Shown here: positions 51,600 through 59,524 of the stretch, piece by piece
Layout: every line of letters begins with the position of its first letter
Position numbering within the stretch: the first letter of the stretch is position 1
Origin: a bacterium
Lineage (GTDB): Bacteria > Patescibacteriota > Andersenbacteria > UBA10190
NCBI GenBank assembly: GCA_027624555.1
Contig: JAQBWN010000002.1
Location: 1-59,524 of the forward strand
DNA: 59,524 nt
Direction of reading: 5' to 3'
The notes under the pieces: generated by a model
What the model was told of the DNA's origin: nothing
The model's database searches: none
The model's input: the letters and a program-made list of their open reading frames with translations, nothing else
Translations under genes and position numbers: made by a program

Positions 51600-52700
51600 T
51601 TAGAAAAACATTCCTTTTTTAGGAGCCGCTCGAAACTCCTCAAGCAATTCTTTTTGTTTACGCGATAGTTTTTTTGGTATTTCTACTGCAATTGTTACAA
51701 TATGATCGCCTGTACTTAAGCCCTGCAGTGAAGGAAATCCTTCTCCGAATAATTTAAAATTCGTTCCCGGCTGTGTGCCTGCAGGAATTGTAATAACTTT
51801 ATTTCCATGCAACGTCGTCACTTCTAATTTTGTCCCAAGTATGGCGTCAACAAATGAAATATTTACTCGAGAACGAACATTGTCCGCATCCCGAGCGAGT
51901 ACTTTGTCTGGACGTACGTGCACGTGTACGTACAAATCACCTGGCATTCCGCCCTTTACCGGAGCTTCTCCTTTGCCAGAAAGTCGAATAGACTGCCCAT
52001 CCGCAATACCGGCTGGAATATTCACCGTTAACTTGCGATTGGTTTTTTCTCTCCCGTCGCCACTGCACGTTTCGCAAGCAGTTTCAGCTATCTTCCCTTC
52101 CCCTCGACACGTTTGGCACACCGCACGCTGACTAAACGCCCCAAATGGAGTTTGGTGATTTTTAACCACACTTCCCTGCCCGTTACATGTTTTGCAGTTT
52201 ATAATTGGCGTTCCCGGCTTCGCCCCATTACCATGACACGTCGAACAAACATCAAAAATGCGATGCTCAATAGTCCGCTCTACTCCAGTGGCAGATTCCA
52301 GAAACGAAATTTCAATGTCTGTTTCAATGTCGTGCCCACGCGATCTCCCTCGCCCTGCTTGCCTACTGCGCCCACCTCCAAAAACTGATTCGAATATATC
52401 TCCCATACCGCCCAAATCATCCATGTTTATGGTAAACCCGCCCTGAGAAAACCCGCCGTATGGGTCTCCACCAAAACCACCACTACCTCCGGGTGCTGCG
52501 CTTCCAAATTGGTCATACTGCGCACGTTTTTGTTTGTCGGAAAGCACTTCGTACGCACCGCTCACTTTTTTGAATTCTTCTTCATCACCACCCTTTTTAT
52601 CAGGGTGGTGTTTGTGCGCCTTCTTCCGATACGCCTTTTTTATTTCTTCTTGCGTTGCCGTTTTCTCAACGCCAAGAATTTTGTAGTAGTTATCCGGCAT
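51600..52700 (-). CDS. dnaJ: molecular chaperone DnaJ
   Basis: J domain with HPD, a G/F region and four CxxCxGxG repeats. Confidence 0.95.
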   Translation of the reverse strand: MPDNYYKILGVEKTATQEEIKKAYRKKAHKHHPDKKGGDEEEFKKVSGAYEVLSDKQKRAQYDQFGSAAPGGSGGFGGDPYGGFSQGGFTINMDDLGGMGDIFESVFGGGRSRQAGRGRSRGHDIETDIEISFLESATGVERTIEHRIFDVCSTCHGNGAKPGTPIINCKTCNGQGSVVKNHQTPFGAFSQRAVCQTCRGEGKIAETACETCSGDGREKTNRKLTVNIPAGIADGQSIRLSGKGEAPVKGGMPGDLYVHVHVRPDKVLARDADNVRSRVNISFVDAILGTKLEVTTLHGNKVITIPAGTQPGTNFKLFGEGFPSLQGLSTGDHIVTIAVEIPKKLSRKQKELLEEFRAAPKKGMFF

Positions 52701-52712
52701 ATCGGTTATGGG

Positions 52713-54599
52713 TTATGCGGCTGGTTCTTCTGGCTTTGCGTCTACTACTTCGCCCTCGACAGGTTTTTGTCCCCCCGCTGGTTGCTCCGCAGCTTTAGCA
52801 GCGTCGCTCATTTCTTGCCCAATTTTTTGCGTTTCTACAAGCAGTTCGTCTGTTGCTTTTTTCATAGCTTCTGTGTCCGTGTCGCCAAGCGTTGTTTTTA
52901 GTGCAGCAATTTTATCTTCTACCGCTTTTTTAGTTTCAGGTTTTACTTTATCACCCGCATCTTTCAACGCCTTTTCTGCCATATATGCAGCTTGTTCCCC
53001 TGTGTTCTTAATTTCCACCGCTTCTTTCTTTTTCTTGTCGTCTTCTGCAAACTTTTGCGCATCTTCCTGCATGCGTGCAATTTCTTCTTTTGAAATTCCG
53101 GAAGTTCCTTCAATGCGGATATGCTGTTCTTTTCCGGATGCTTTATCTTTTGCAGACACGTTTAAGATTCCATTCGCATCAATATCAAACGTCACCTCCA
53201 CTTGCGGAACCCCTCGTGGTGCTGGGGGGATACCATCCAATATAAATTTTTTAAGTGACTTGTTATCTTGCGCCATCTCTCGTTCTCCTTGCAGTACGTG
53301 AATTTCAACGGACGTCTGATTATCTGCTGCAGTAGAAAACACTTGAGACTTATTCGTAGGAATTGTGGTGTTTTTATCGATTAGACTAGTTCGAACTCCT
53401 CCGAGGGTTTCAAGTCCAAGCGTAAGTGGAGTTACATCAAGGAGTAAAATATCTTTTACATCTCCCGAGAGAATTCCACCTTGGATAGCCGCTCCTGCCG
53501 CTACCACTTCGTCTGGATTAATTCCTTTGTGGGGCTGCTTTCCGAACATCTTTTCCACTTCATCGTAAATTCTTGGCATTCTTGTCTGACCACCAACAAG
53601 TACTACTTCATTAATATCGCTTACGGTAAGCTTTGCTTCTGCAAGAGCTTCTTTCGTTAACGCAATTGCTTTTTCTATTAAGTCCGCAACAATTTCTTCC
53701 AATTTTGCTCGCGTCATGGTCATCACCAAGTGCTTTGGTCCATCCGCCCCGGTTGTAATAAACGGCTGGTTTATTTCCGTAGTAGCAGAACTTGAAAGTT
53801 CATGCTTTGCACGCTCTGCGGATTCTTTTAGGCGCTGAAGAGCCATCGGGTCTTTTGAAAGATCTATTCCGTCTGTTGATTTAAATTCTTTCACAATCCA
53901 TTCGATAATACGCTGATCAAAATCGTCTCCTCCCAAATGCGTATCGCCATGCGTTCCAAGGACTTCAATTGTATCAGAGCCTACTTCCAAAATAGATACG
54001 TCAAACGTTCCTCCACCCAAATCAAATACTACGATTTTTTCATCCTTCTTTTTATCAAGGCCGTATGCAAGCGCAGCAGCGGTTGGCTCATTAATAATGC
54101 GCAGTACATTCAAGCCGGCAATTGCTCCCGCATCTTTCGTTGCTTTTCGTTGTGAGTCGTCAAAATACGCAGGCACGGTAATTACTGCATCCGCAATAGT
54201 CATTCCAAGTTTTGCCTCTGCATCTGCTTTTAATTTTTGCAAAACCATTGCAGCTATTTCTGCTGGGCGCACCCATTTATCGCCAAATTTAATTTCTACC
54301 CCGCCATCTGCTCCCTTGCGGATTTCATAAGGCAACATTGCCTTTTCTTTCTGCGTTGCAGGGTCGTCAAAATTTCTTCCAATTAAGCGCTTTGCAGAAA
54401 AAATTGTTTGTGCGCTATTTACCACCGCTTGCCTTTTTGCTAGCGTACCAACTAATCTCTCTCCCGCTTTACTCATTGCAACTACGGAAGGAGTTGTGCG
54501 GTTTCCTTCGCTGTTTTCAATAATGGTTGGGGTGCTCCCTTCCATTACTGCCATTGCTGAATTTGTTGTTCCTAAGTCGATTCCTAATGTTTTAGCCAT
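52713..54599 (-). CDS. dnaK: molecular chaperone DnaK
   Basis: [17 protein letters not shown] and full-length Hsp70. Confidence 0.95.
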   Translation of the reverse strand: MAKTLGIDLGTTNSAMAVMEGSTPTIIENSEGNRTTPSVVAMSKAGERLVGTLAKRQAVVNSAQTIFSAKRLIGRNFDDPATQKEKAMLPYEIRKGADGGVEIKFGDKWVRPAEIAAMVLQKLKADAEAKLGMTIADAVITVPAYFDDSQRKATKDAGAIAGLNVLRIINEPTAAALAYGLDKKKDEKIVVFDLGGGTFDVSILEVGSDTIEVLGTHGDTHLGGDDFDQRIIEWIVKEFKSTDGIDLSKDPMALQRLKESAERAKHELSSSATTEINQPFITTGADGPKHLVMTMTRAKLEEIVADLIEKAIALTKEALAEAKLTVSDINEVVLVGGQTRMPRIYDEVEKMFGKQPHKGINPDEVVAAGAAIQGGILSGDVKDILLLDVTPLTLGLETLGGVRTSLIDKNTTIPTNKSQVFSTAADNQTSVEIHVLQGEREMAQDNKSLKKFILDGIPPAPRGVPQVEVTFDIDANGILNVSAKDKASGKEQHIRIEGTSGISKEEIARMQEDAQKFAEDDKKKKEAVEIKNTGEQAAYMAEKALKDAGDKVKPETKKAVEDKIAALKTTLGDTDTEAMKKATDELLVETQKIGQEMSDAAKAAEQPAGGQKPVEGEVVDAKPEEPAA

Positions 54600-54617
54600 A
54601 ATGTGTAATATTAAATG

Positions 54618-55100
54618 TTAATTATTGAGTTTAGTTTCGTCGCTCCCCTTCCCAACCTTCACCTTCGCCGGTCTCACTGTTATATCTCCTATTTTATACC
54701 CTACTTGTACTACTTCTATTATTTTACCTTCTTCTCCCTCTACTTCTTCTATTGCTTCATGAATTACCGGGTCAAATACTATCCCCGTATCCTGTATCAG
54801 CTCTACTCCAAATTCTTCAAGTATCTGGTCAAACTGCCTGGCTACATGGAGCACTCCTGCTGCCCATGGGTCTTTCGTATCCGGAGCGTGCTCTATTAAG
54901 GATCTGAAGTTATCTGCGAGTACAATGAGTGGCTCTGCAATAGTTCGTTTTAAAATTGCTCTCTCTTGTATCCTTGTGTCGTTCATGCGCTTTTGCACGT
55001 TTTCTAAATCAGCTCTCGCGCGCTTCCAGCCCTCTAAATATTCCTGTTCTTTGCTTTGGATAATCTCCGGTTCTTCTTGTGATGTATCTTGGTTTTTCAT
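54618..55100 (-). CDS. grpE: nucleotide exchange factor GrpE
   Basis: YLEGWKRARADLENVQKR and FDP..HEA motifs. Confidence 0.9.
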   Translation of the reverse strand: MKNQDTSQEEPEIIQSKEQEYLEGWKRARADLENVQKRMNDTRIQERAILKRTIAEPLIVLADNFRSLIEHAPDTKDPWAAGVLHVARQFDQILEEFGVELIQDTGIVFDPVIHEAIEEVEGEEGKIIEVVQVGYKIGDITVRPAKVKVGKGSDETKLNN

Positions 55101-55804
55101 ATTTGTTCAATTATGGATGAAAGTGCATTGAGTAGCGCTACGTTTCGTTTATACGGCATTCGCTTTGGGCCTGCCAAAAGCAACAGTGCCGCCTCTCCTG
55201 TAGGCAATCTCATTGTTTTTACGATGATGCTTGTGTGTTCTGTTTCAAAAATTGGGTTTTCGCTTCCAATGTATACGGTTACTGCGCGTGATGCAGTATC
55301 GGCAAATTCATGTGCGTACCGTTCAATGTTGTCAAAGAGGAGAGATATTTCTCGCGCTGCTTCTTGGGCTTGGTTTTCATCATCGTCAAATACCTGAGAC
55401 ATGCCCGCACCCTGAATGTCTTTATCGTGCATCCATCCCCCAACTGCCATAGTGTGTGCCATTTCCGCTAACATTTTAGCTGCTGCTCGAGCAGGACGTG
55501 CATATTCTTCTTGATATTCCTTATACGTATCGGTAAGTGCGCGAACTCTTTTTTCGCTTGGCTCTTTAAAGCTCAATTGGTCTATATAATACCGATAGCC
55601 TGTATCGCTAGGAATTCTGCCCGCTGATGTATGTGGTTGTAAAATATATCCTTCGTCTTCTAATAACCGAAGCATGCTCCGAATAGTTGCGGAGCTTACA
55701 GAAACGTCGAGCACATCTAAAAGGCGCTCAGAACCAACTGGTCTGCCGGTTGCAATATATTCTTCTATAAGTCCCTTTAAAAGATGTGCGTGTCTATAGT
55801 CCAT
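55097..55804 (-). CDS. hrcA: heat-inducible transcription repressor HrcA (short form)
   Basis: Winged-helix N-terminus PVGSE.L, TIRSMLRLLEDEGYILQPHTSAGRIP and C-terminal GPKRMPY. ATG 55804 used, so the CDS does not overlap CIRCE. Confidence 0.85.
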   Translation of the reverse strand: MDYRHAHLLKGLIEEYIATGRPVGSERLLDVLDVSVSSATIRSMLRLLEDEGYILQPHTSAGRIPSDTGYRYYIDQLSFKEPSEKRVRALTDTYKEYQEEYARPARAAAKMLAEMAHTMAVGGWMHDKDIQGAGMSQVFDDDENQAQEAAREISLLFDNIERYAHEFADTASRAVTVYIGSENPIFETEHTSIIVKTMRLPTGEAALLLLAGPKRMPYKRNVALLNALSSIIEQI

Positions 55805-55821
55805 ATAGTTACATTTATATA

Positions 55822-55848
55822 TTAGCACTCTAACGCACAGACTGCTAA
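55822..55848. promoter_or_regulatory. CIRCE operator (HrcA binding site)
   Basis: TTAGCACTC-N9-GACTGCTAA, one mismatch to the consensus TTAGCACTC-N9-GAGTGCTAA. Confidence 0.85.
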
Positions 55849-55854
55849 TGTCAA
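55827..55854 (-). promoter_or_regulatory. hrcA operon promoter: -35 TTGACA, 16-nt spacer, -10 TAGAGT, overlapping CIRCE
   Basis: The minus strand reads TTGACA-TTAGCAGTCTGTGCGT-TAGAGT. Confidence 0.5.
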
Positions 55855-55861
55855 GCCACTT

Positions 55862-57022
55862 TTAATTCACGATCGCTTTGAGGACTGCGAGTACTCTAGA
55901 TGCGTTTTTTGGGTTTATAGAAATATCTGTTATGGCAAAACCTACTGGCCCTATACTGGTTGTGTGCCAAGCAGTGCCGCCATCTTCTGAGCGGTACACA
56001 ATGCCATCTGCAGCTATTAATATACGGTTTGAATTCGTCGGACTCACCGCTACTACCATTTGAGAAACTACTTTTGATGCATCAAATGGAAGCTGCAATG
56101 CAACGAAGGTCTTTCCGCCATCTTTTGTAATAACAGCTCCTTTATCTGATCCTAAGAGCAACGCATCTGGAAAACCGGGAATGAACGAAACATCGAGAAT
56201 ATTTCTATCATCTAGAACCACCCCAAAAGGAGACGGCGCAGTGAGCGACTCCGGAACTTTTATAACTTCCGCTACCCCTTCCGTAACGCGAACCAATTTC
56301 TTCTTTTGCGTAACTATGTAGAGTTCATTTGCTTTTGCACTCGATACTTCCATACGGACAATACCCGCATCAGATCTGTCCCCGGTTATAATCTGTGAGG
56401 CGCTACTTAATTCCGTAACTGTTTTCCATACTTGCCCCCCACTGGAGGCACTAAACACCGTTCCATCGTTTGTTCCTGCCCATAACAAATCTTCCGCATC
56501 TGGATCTATCTCAAGAGCAACTATACTTGCGGGCAGCGAAGATCCACCAGAAATAATTTGAAATCGTTTCTTTTGTACCGGAAGCGGGAGAGTAAATACG
56601 TTTTGCCAGCTTTTCCCCGCATCTAAACTCCGCACAACACTCCCCTGCCCATCTGCGTCAATTCCCGCAGCAACTAATATACCATTTTGCATCCGAGCAA
56701 CGTCTAGTGTAGCTGCGAGTGATGTTGGAATCACTTTCCAGGTAGCAGTATCATCTTCTGAAATGACCATGCCATTTGCACCCGCTGCCATAAAAACAAT
56801 ATTTGGATCTTTCAAGGCACGGTGTATTTTACCTAAATCAAATTGTGAAATATCTTCACCAGAAACATCCGTTGCTACAGACTGCTCAAAGCTGGCTCCT
56901 GCACTTGTAGAAAGATACGTACCGCCAGAAATCTCTTGTTGCACTTCGCTCCGAGAACATCCCCCCAATGCAAGCGAGAAGAAGAGAATCGATGGCAATA
57001 CAACTACGCGTATCTTGTTCAT
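55862..57022 (-). CDS. BNR/Asp-box repeat lipoprotein (Ycf48-like beta-propeller)
   Basis: Lipobox LALGGC and several SxDxGxxW boxes (SLDAGKSW, TKDGGKTF, SEDGGTAW). ATGA overlap with the upstream antiporter stop. Confidence 0.65.
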   Translation of the reverse strand: MNKIRVVVLPSILFFSLALGGCSRSEVQQEISGGTYLSTSAGASFEQSVATDVSGEDISQFDLGKIHRALKDPNIVFMAAGANGMVISEDDTATWKVIPTSLAATLDVARMQNGILVAAGIDADGQGSVVRSLDAGKSWQNVFTLPLPVQKKRFQIISGGSSLPASIVALEIDPDAEDLLWAGTNDGTVFSASSGGQVWKTVTELSSASQIITGDRSDAGIVRMEVSSAKANELYIVTQKKKLVRVTEGVAEVIKVPESLTAPSPFGVVLDDRNILDVSFIPGFPDALLLGSDKGAVITKDGGKTFVALQLPFDASKVVSQMVVAVSPTNSNRILIAADGIVYRSEDGGTAWHTTSIGPVGFAITDISINPKNASRVLAVLKAIVN

Positions 57023-58674
57023 GGAGTAAGTATACCTTGTTCTGCTCGAAGCGTTGCAAGCCTCTTGTGGGTAACCTTTTTCTTCAACACGTCGGCAATC
57101 CAATTCCCCCCTAATAGGTGCGGCATCATCACATAGTCTGCGCCCGCACGGTACAGCTCCTGTGCCTCCGCCATATAGTATGCGTTTGCAACAAGCAACA
57201 TATCTGCATTTTGTGCACGAACATATGCCATAAGATTCATTTGATCATCCACTGTGGGGATAGTCATGATAATTAAAGAAGCACTCCCAAGCGGAAGATC
57301 AGACAAAAATTCCACATCCGCAATATCTCCAAAATATCCATGAATTTTTTTTCGACGCAACTCTTCTATAACCACTGGGTCAAAATCAAGAACACCAAAC
57401 GATATTTTCTTATCACGCAACGCCTCGCACACCTTCTTTCCTATGCGATGGTACCCCACCACCCAGGCATCGTATACAACAGCTGGTTTTTCACTTTGAC
57501 GCATTTTATCGGGACCAAATAATTGAAATACAGGAAGCAAGAAACGATATACTCGTTCGTTATACATAATAAGATACGAAGACGCAAAAATAGTGGCAAT
57601 TGCCACAAAGGTAAAAACAGGAACTTCATTGCCCGAAATATGCCCTGTTTGCTTGCCAGTAAATAAAATTACAAACCCAAATTCGCTCACTTGGGCAGCC
57701 GTTACACCCGACAAAAAACTGTTGCGCCGCGTAAACTTTAATGCGCGGAACAAGAAATATAAAATGAACGGATTTCCGAACAATATAAAGAGCGTTAAAA
57801 TGATTCCGGGTTTCCACAGCAGCACTACATCTTCTATTTGCATTTCGCTTCCCAATACGATAAAAAAGAGGACGAGAAAAAAATCTCTTAGTGGCCGTAT
57901 ACGGCTTCCAATTTCCAATTGATACGGAGATGAAGATAGCGATATGCCCGCTACTATTGCTCCAATTTCAAGAGAAAACCCAAGTGCGTAAAGCGCACTT
58001 GCAACCGAAAAACACCAAGCGATAGTAAATATAAAGAGAAATTCCGCGGAGTTCGCAATATATTTCAGTACTGCCGGGAGGAAATACTTTGCAAGTAATA
58101 CGAGGGAACCACCTGCAAATAGCGCCTTTACAATGAGAAACACAATACTGCCCGTATCAAAATTATCGCTTTTCAACAACCCAATTCCAACCATTATTGT
58201 AAGAGCAATAACGTCTTGAATGAGCATGAGCCCAATAGTGTGCTTTCCGTACATAGTCTCCGTGTCCTTCTTGTCGCTCAGAAACTTCATAATAATAATT
58301 GTGCTTGAAAACGTCATCGCAACGGCTATGTACATTGCAGAAAGGAAGGTAAAATCCATCCACACTAATATGGCCGTGCCAAATACTGCCGTAAACAACA
58401 CTTGCCCAAGCGCTGCAATAGTAGATACCCGCCCAATGCTTTTTAACTTTCGAAAATTTAAATTCAGCCCAATAACAAACAGCAACAACACTACCCCAAC
58501 TTGCGCAAATAGCTCATATGAAGCTGCGTTGCCATGCAAAAATATTGGCCCAATGGTAATTCCAGCAAGGATATACGCAATTATAAGCGGTTGCTTTAAC
58601 ATACGGGCAACAAACCCGACCGCAACGGTAATGAATAAAAGAACACTCAATTCTATAAATATTGTGCTCTCCAT
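57019..58674 (-). CDS. cation:proton antiporter (CPA2, Kef-type) with C-terminal RCK/TrkA-N domain
   Basis: About 12 TM helices, then a VVGYHRIGKKV Rossmann-like domain. Confidence 0.85.
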   Translation of the reverse strand: MESTIFIELSVLLFITVAVGFVARMLKQPLIIAYILAGITIGPIFLHGNAASYELFAQVGVVLLLFVIGLNLNFRKLKSIGRVSTIAALGQVLFTAVFGTAILVWMDFTFLSAMYIAVAMTFSSTIIIMKFLSDKKDTETMYGKHTIGLMLIQDVIALTIMVGIGLLKSDNFDTGSIVFLIVKALFAGGSLVLLAKYFLPAVLKYIANSAEFLFIFTIAWCFSVASALYALGFSLEIGAIVAGISLSSSPYQLEIGSRIRPLRDFFLVLFFIVLGSEMQIEDVVLLWKPGIILTLFILFGNPFILYFLFRALKFTRRNSFLSGVTAAQVSEFGFVILFTGKQTGHISGNEVPVFTFVAIATIFASSYLIMYNERVYRFLLPVFQLFGPDKMRQSEKPAVVYDAWVVGYHRIGKKVCEALRDKKISFGVLDFDPVVIEELRRKKIHGYFGDIADVEFLSDLPLGSASLIIMTIPTVDDQMNLMAYVRAQNADMLLVANAYYMAEAQELYRAGADYVMMPHLLGGNWIADVLKKKVTHKRLATLRAEQGILTP

Positions 58675-58699
58675 AATGGTTATATAGTATCATAAGCAC
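58675..58699. promoter_or_regulatory. 25-bp divergent spacer with back-to-back -10 boxes
   Basis: Plus strand: TATCAT, 6 nt, ATG 58700. Minus strand: TATATA, 6 nt, ATG 58674. Confidence 0.4.
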
Positions 58700-59524
58700 A
58701 TGGAACAATTACACCTATACAATTCACATTCTAGAAAAACTGAAATTCTTACCCCTATTTCAGGTACAAATACCGTTACCGTATATAACTGCGGGCCTAC
58801 GGTATACAAACGCCAACATATCGGTAATATGCGCCGCTTTTTGCATGCTGATTTCTTAAAGAGAACCCTTGAACTTTTAGCGTACAAGGTAAACGATATT
58901 ACGAATATTACGGACGTGGGGCATTTAACACAGGACGAACTAGATACCGGGGAAGATAAATTGGAGAAAGCGGCAAAAACAGAACTGCGAACTCCACAAG
59001 ACATTGCAAAAGAACAAACAGAATTATTTTTTTCTGACATTGATTCTTTAAACATCTTGCGAGCAACTGCATTTCCTGCTGCAAGTAGCCATATCGCAGA
59101 AATGATTTCGTTAATTAAAACGTTGATAGAAAAAAAACATGCATACGTTGCACCAAGTGGCGTGTATTTTGACGTATCTTCGTTCCCCTCATACGGAGAA
59201 CTTTCTGGAAACACGGTGAGCTCCCTTGATGCCGGCCATAGAGTAGATAACAAAACTGACAAGAAAAACCCCGCAGATTTTGCATTGTGGATGATAGATA
59301 ATTCACATCTGCAGCTGTGGGATTCCCCTTGGGGTAAGGGGTACCCAGGTTGGCACATAGAGTGTTCTGCAATGAGTATGAAGTACTTAGGCGAAACTAT
59401 TGATATTCATACAGGAGGCGAAGATAACCGGTTCCCTCATCACGAAAATGAAATAGCGCAGTCGCAAGGAGCAACGGGGAAACAATTTGTACAACTTTGG
59501 ATGCACAACAGGCACCTTCTATTA
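58700..59524 (+). CDS. cysS: cysteine--tRNA ligase, 3' end outside window
   Basis: Absent from the ORF track because no stop lies in the window. Translates as MEQLHLYNSHSRKTE..VYNCGPTVYKRQHIGN, with GWHIECSAM and HHENEIAQS. Confidence 0.9.
   Translation, partial: MEQLHLYNSHSRKTEILTPISGTNTVTVYNCGPTVYKRQHIGNMRRFLHADFLKRTLELLAYKVNDITNITDVGHLTQDELDTGEDKLEKAAKTELRTPQDIAKEQTELFFSDIDSLNILRATAFPAASSHIAEMISLIKTLIEKKHAYVAPSGVYFDVSSFPSYGELSGNTVSSLDAGHRVDNKTDKKNPADFALWMIDNSHLQLWDSPWGKGYPGWHIECSAMSMKYLGETIDIHTGGEDNRFPHHENEIAQSQGATGKQFVQLWMHNRHLLL

Noticed and set aside
51775-54523. Multiple plus-strand ORFs (for example 52708-53301, 197 aa) opposite dnaJ and dnaK
   Set aside because: They are antisense to highly conserved chaperone genes. 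Their Ser/Ala-rich nonsense translations are typical shadow ORFs.
58690-59372. Minus-strand ORFs 58690-59358 (222 aa) and 59115-59372
   Set aside because: The plus strand encodes an unmistakable CysRS that is open to the window end, which is why it is missing from the ORF track. The minus-strand ORFs are shadows.
1-59524. CRISPR arrays, transposases, integrases, reverse transcriptases, restriction-modification or toxin-antitoxin pairs
   Set aside because: I scanned ORF translations and intergenic repeats. There are no spaced identical direct repeats and no recognisable catalytic motifs of these families.

Overview
This is an AT-rich, very gene-dense bacterial chromosome segment with about 65 protein genes and 5 tRNAs. 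It has no rRNA, CRISPR array, transposase or integrase. The gene content suggests a Candidate Phyla Radiation/Patescibacteria-like genome (inference): split transketolase, archaeal-type AspRS, a reduced PriA, a sunset/Ada-Zn membrane protein, many small membrane-anchored ORFans and almost no biosynthesis. Core content, in order: dnaX (5' partial), xseAB, NDH-2, tsaC, an S11 carboxypeptidase, a UDP-sugar dehydrogenase, NrdH-like glutaredoxin plus trxB, ftsB, htrA, prfB (programmed +1 frameshift), ftsEX, the pentose phosphate operon rpiB-rpe-tktN-tktC, murB, GIY-YIG, LUD, a PriA-like pair, a TagA/WecG glycosyltransferase, nrdAB, NUDIX, gltX, an M23 peptidase, L27, the aspS-ctp-L9-pyrG operon, an AI-2E transporter, hrcA-grpE-dnaK-dnaJ with CIRCE, a Kef-type antiporter and cysS (3' partial). 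I found no recognisable defence or mobile system. Five signals seem most worth follow-up. (1) At least five families of short GC-rich hairpin repeats, several inserted in frame inside essential genes (dnaX, trxB, tagA-like) and showing compensatory stem changes. (2) A very regular promoter grammar in which an often extended -10 box (TGnTATAnT) sits 6-9 nt upstream of the ATG of about 25 genes. This implies pervasive leaderless mRNAs, including back-to-back promoters in 19- and 25-bp divergent spacers, while canonical Shine-Dalgarno sites are nearly confined to small GC-rich ORFan cassettes. (3) A GC-rich, N-terminally truncated, TGA-interrupted formaldehyde-activating-enzyme (Fae) homologue beside tRNA-Gln and divergent from the pentose phosphate operon. 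(4) A tRNA-Lys whose encoded CCA overlaps the ATG of the downstream transporter gene. (5) A PriA homologue without Walker A, DExH or the Zn-finger region, split into two ORFs. Start codons were refined by eye. All functional calls come from motif recognition, not database searches.
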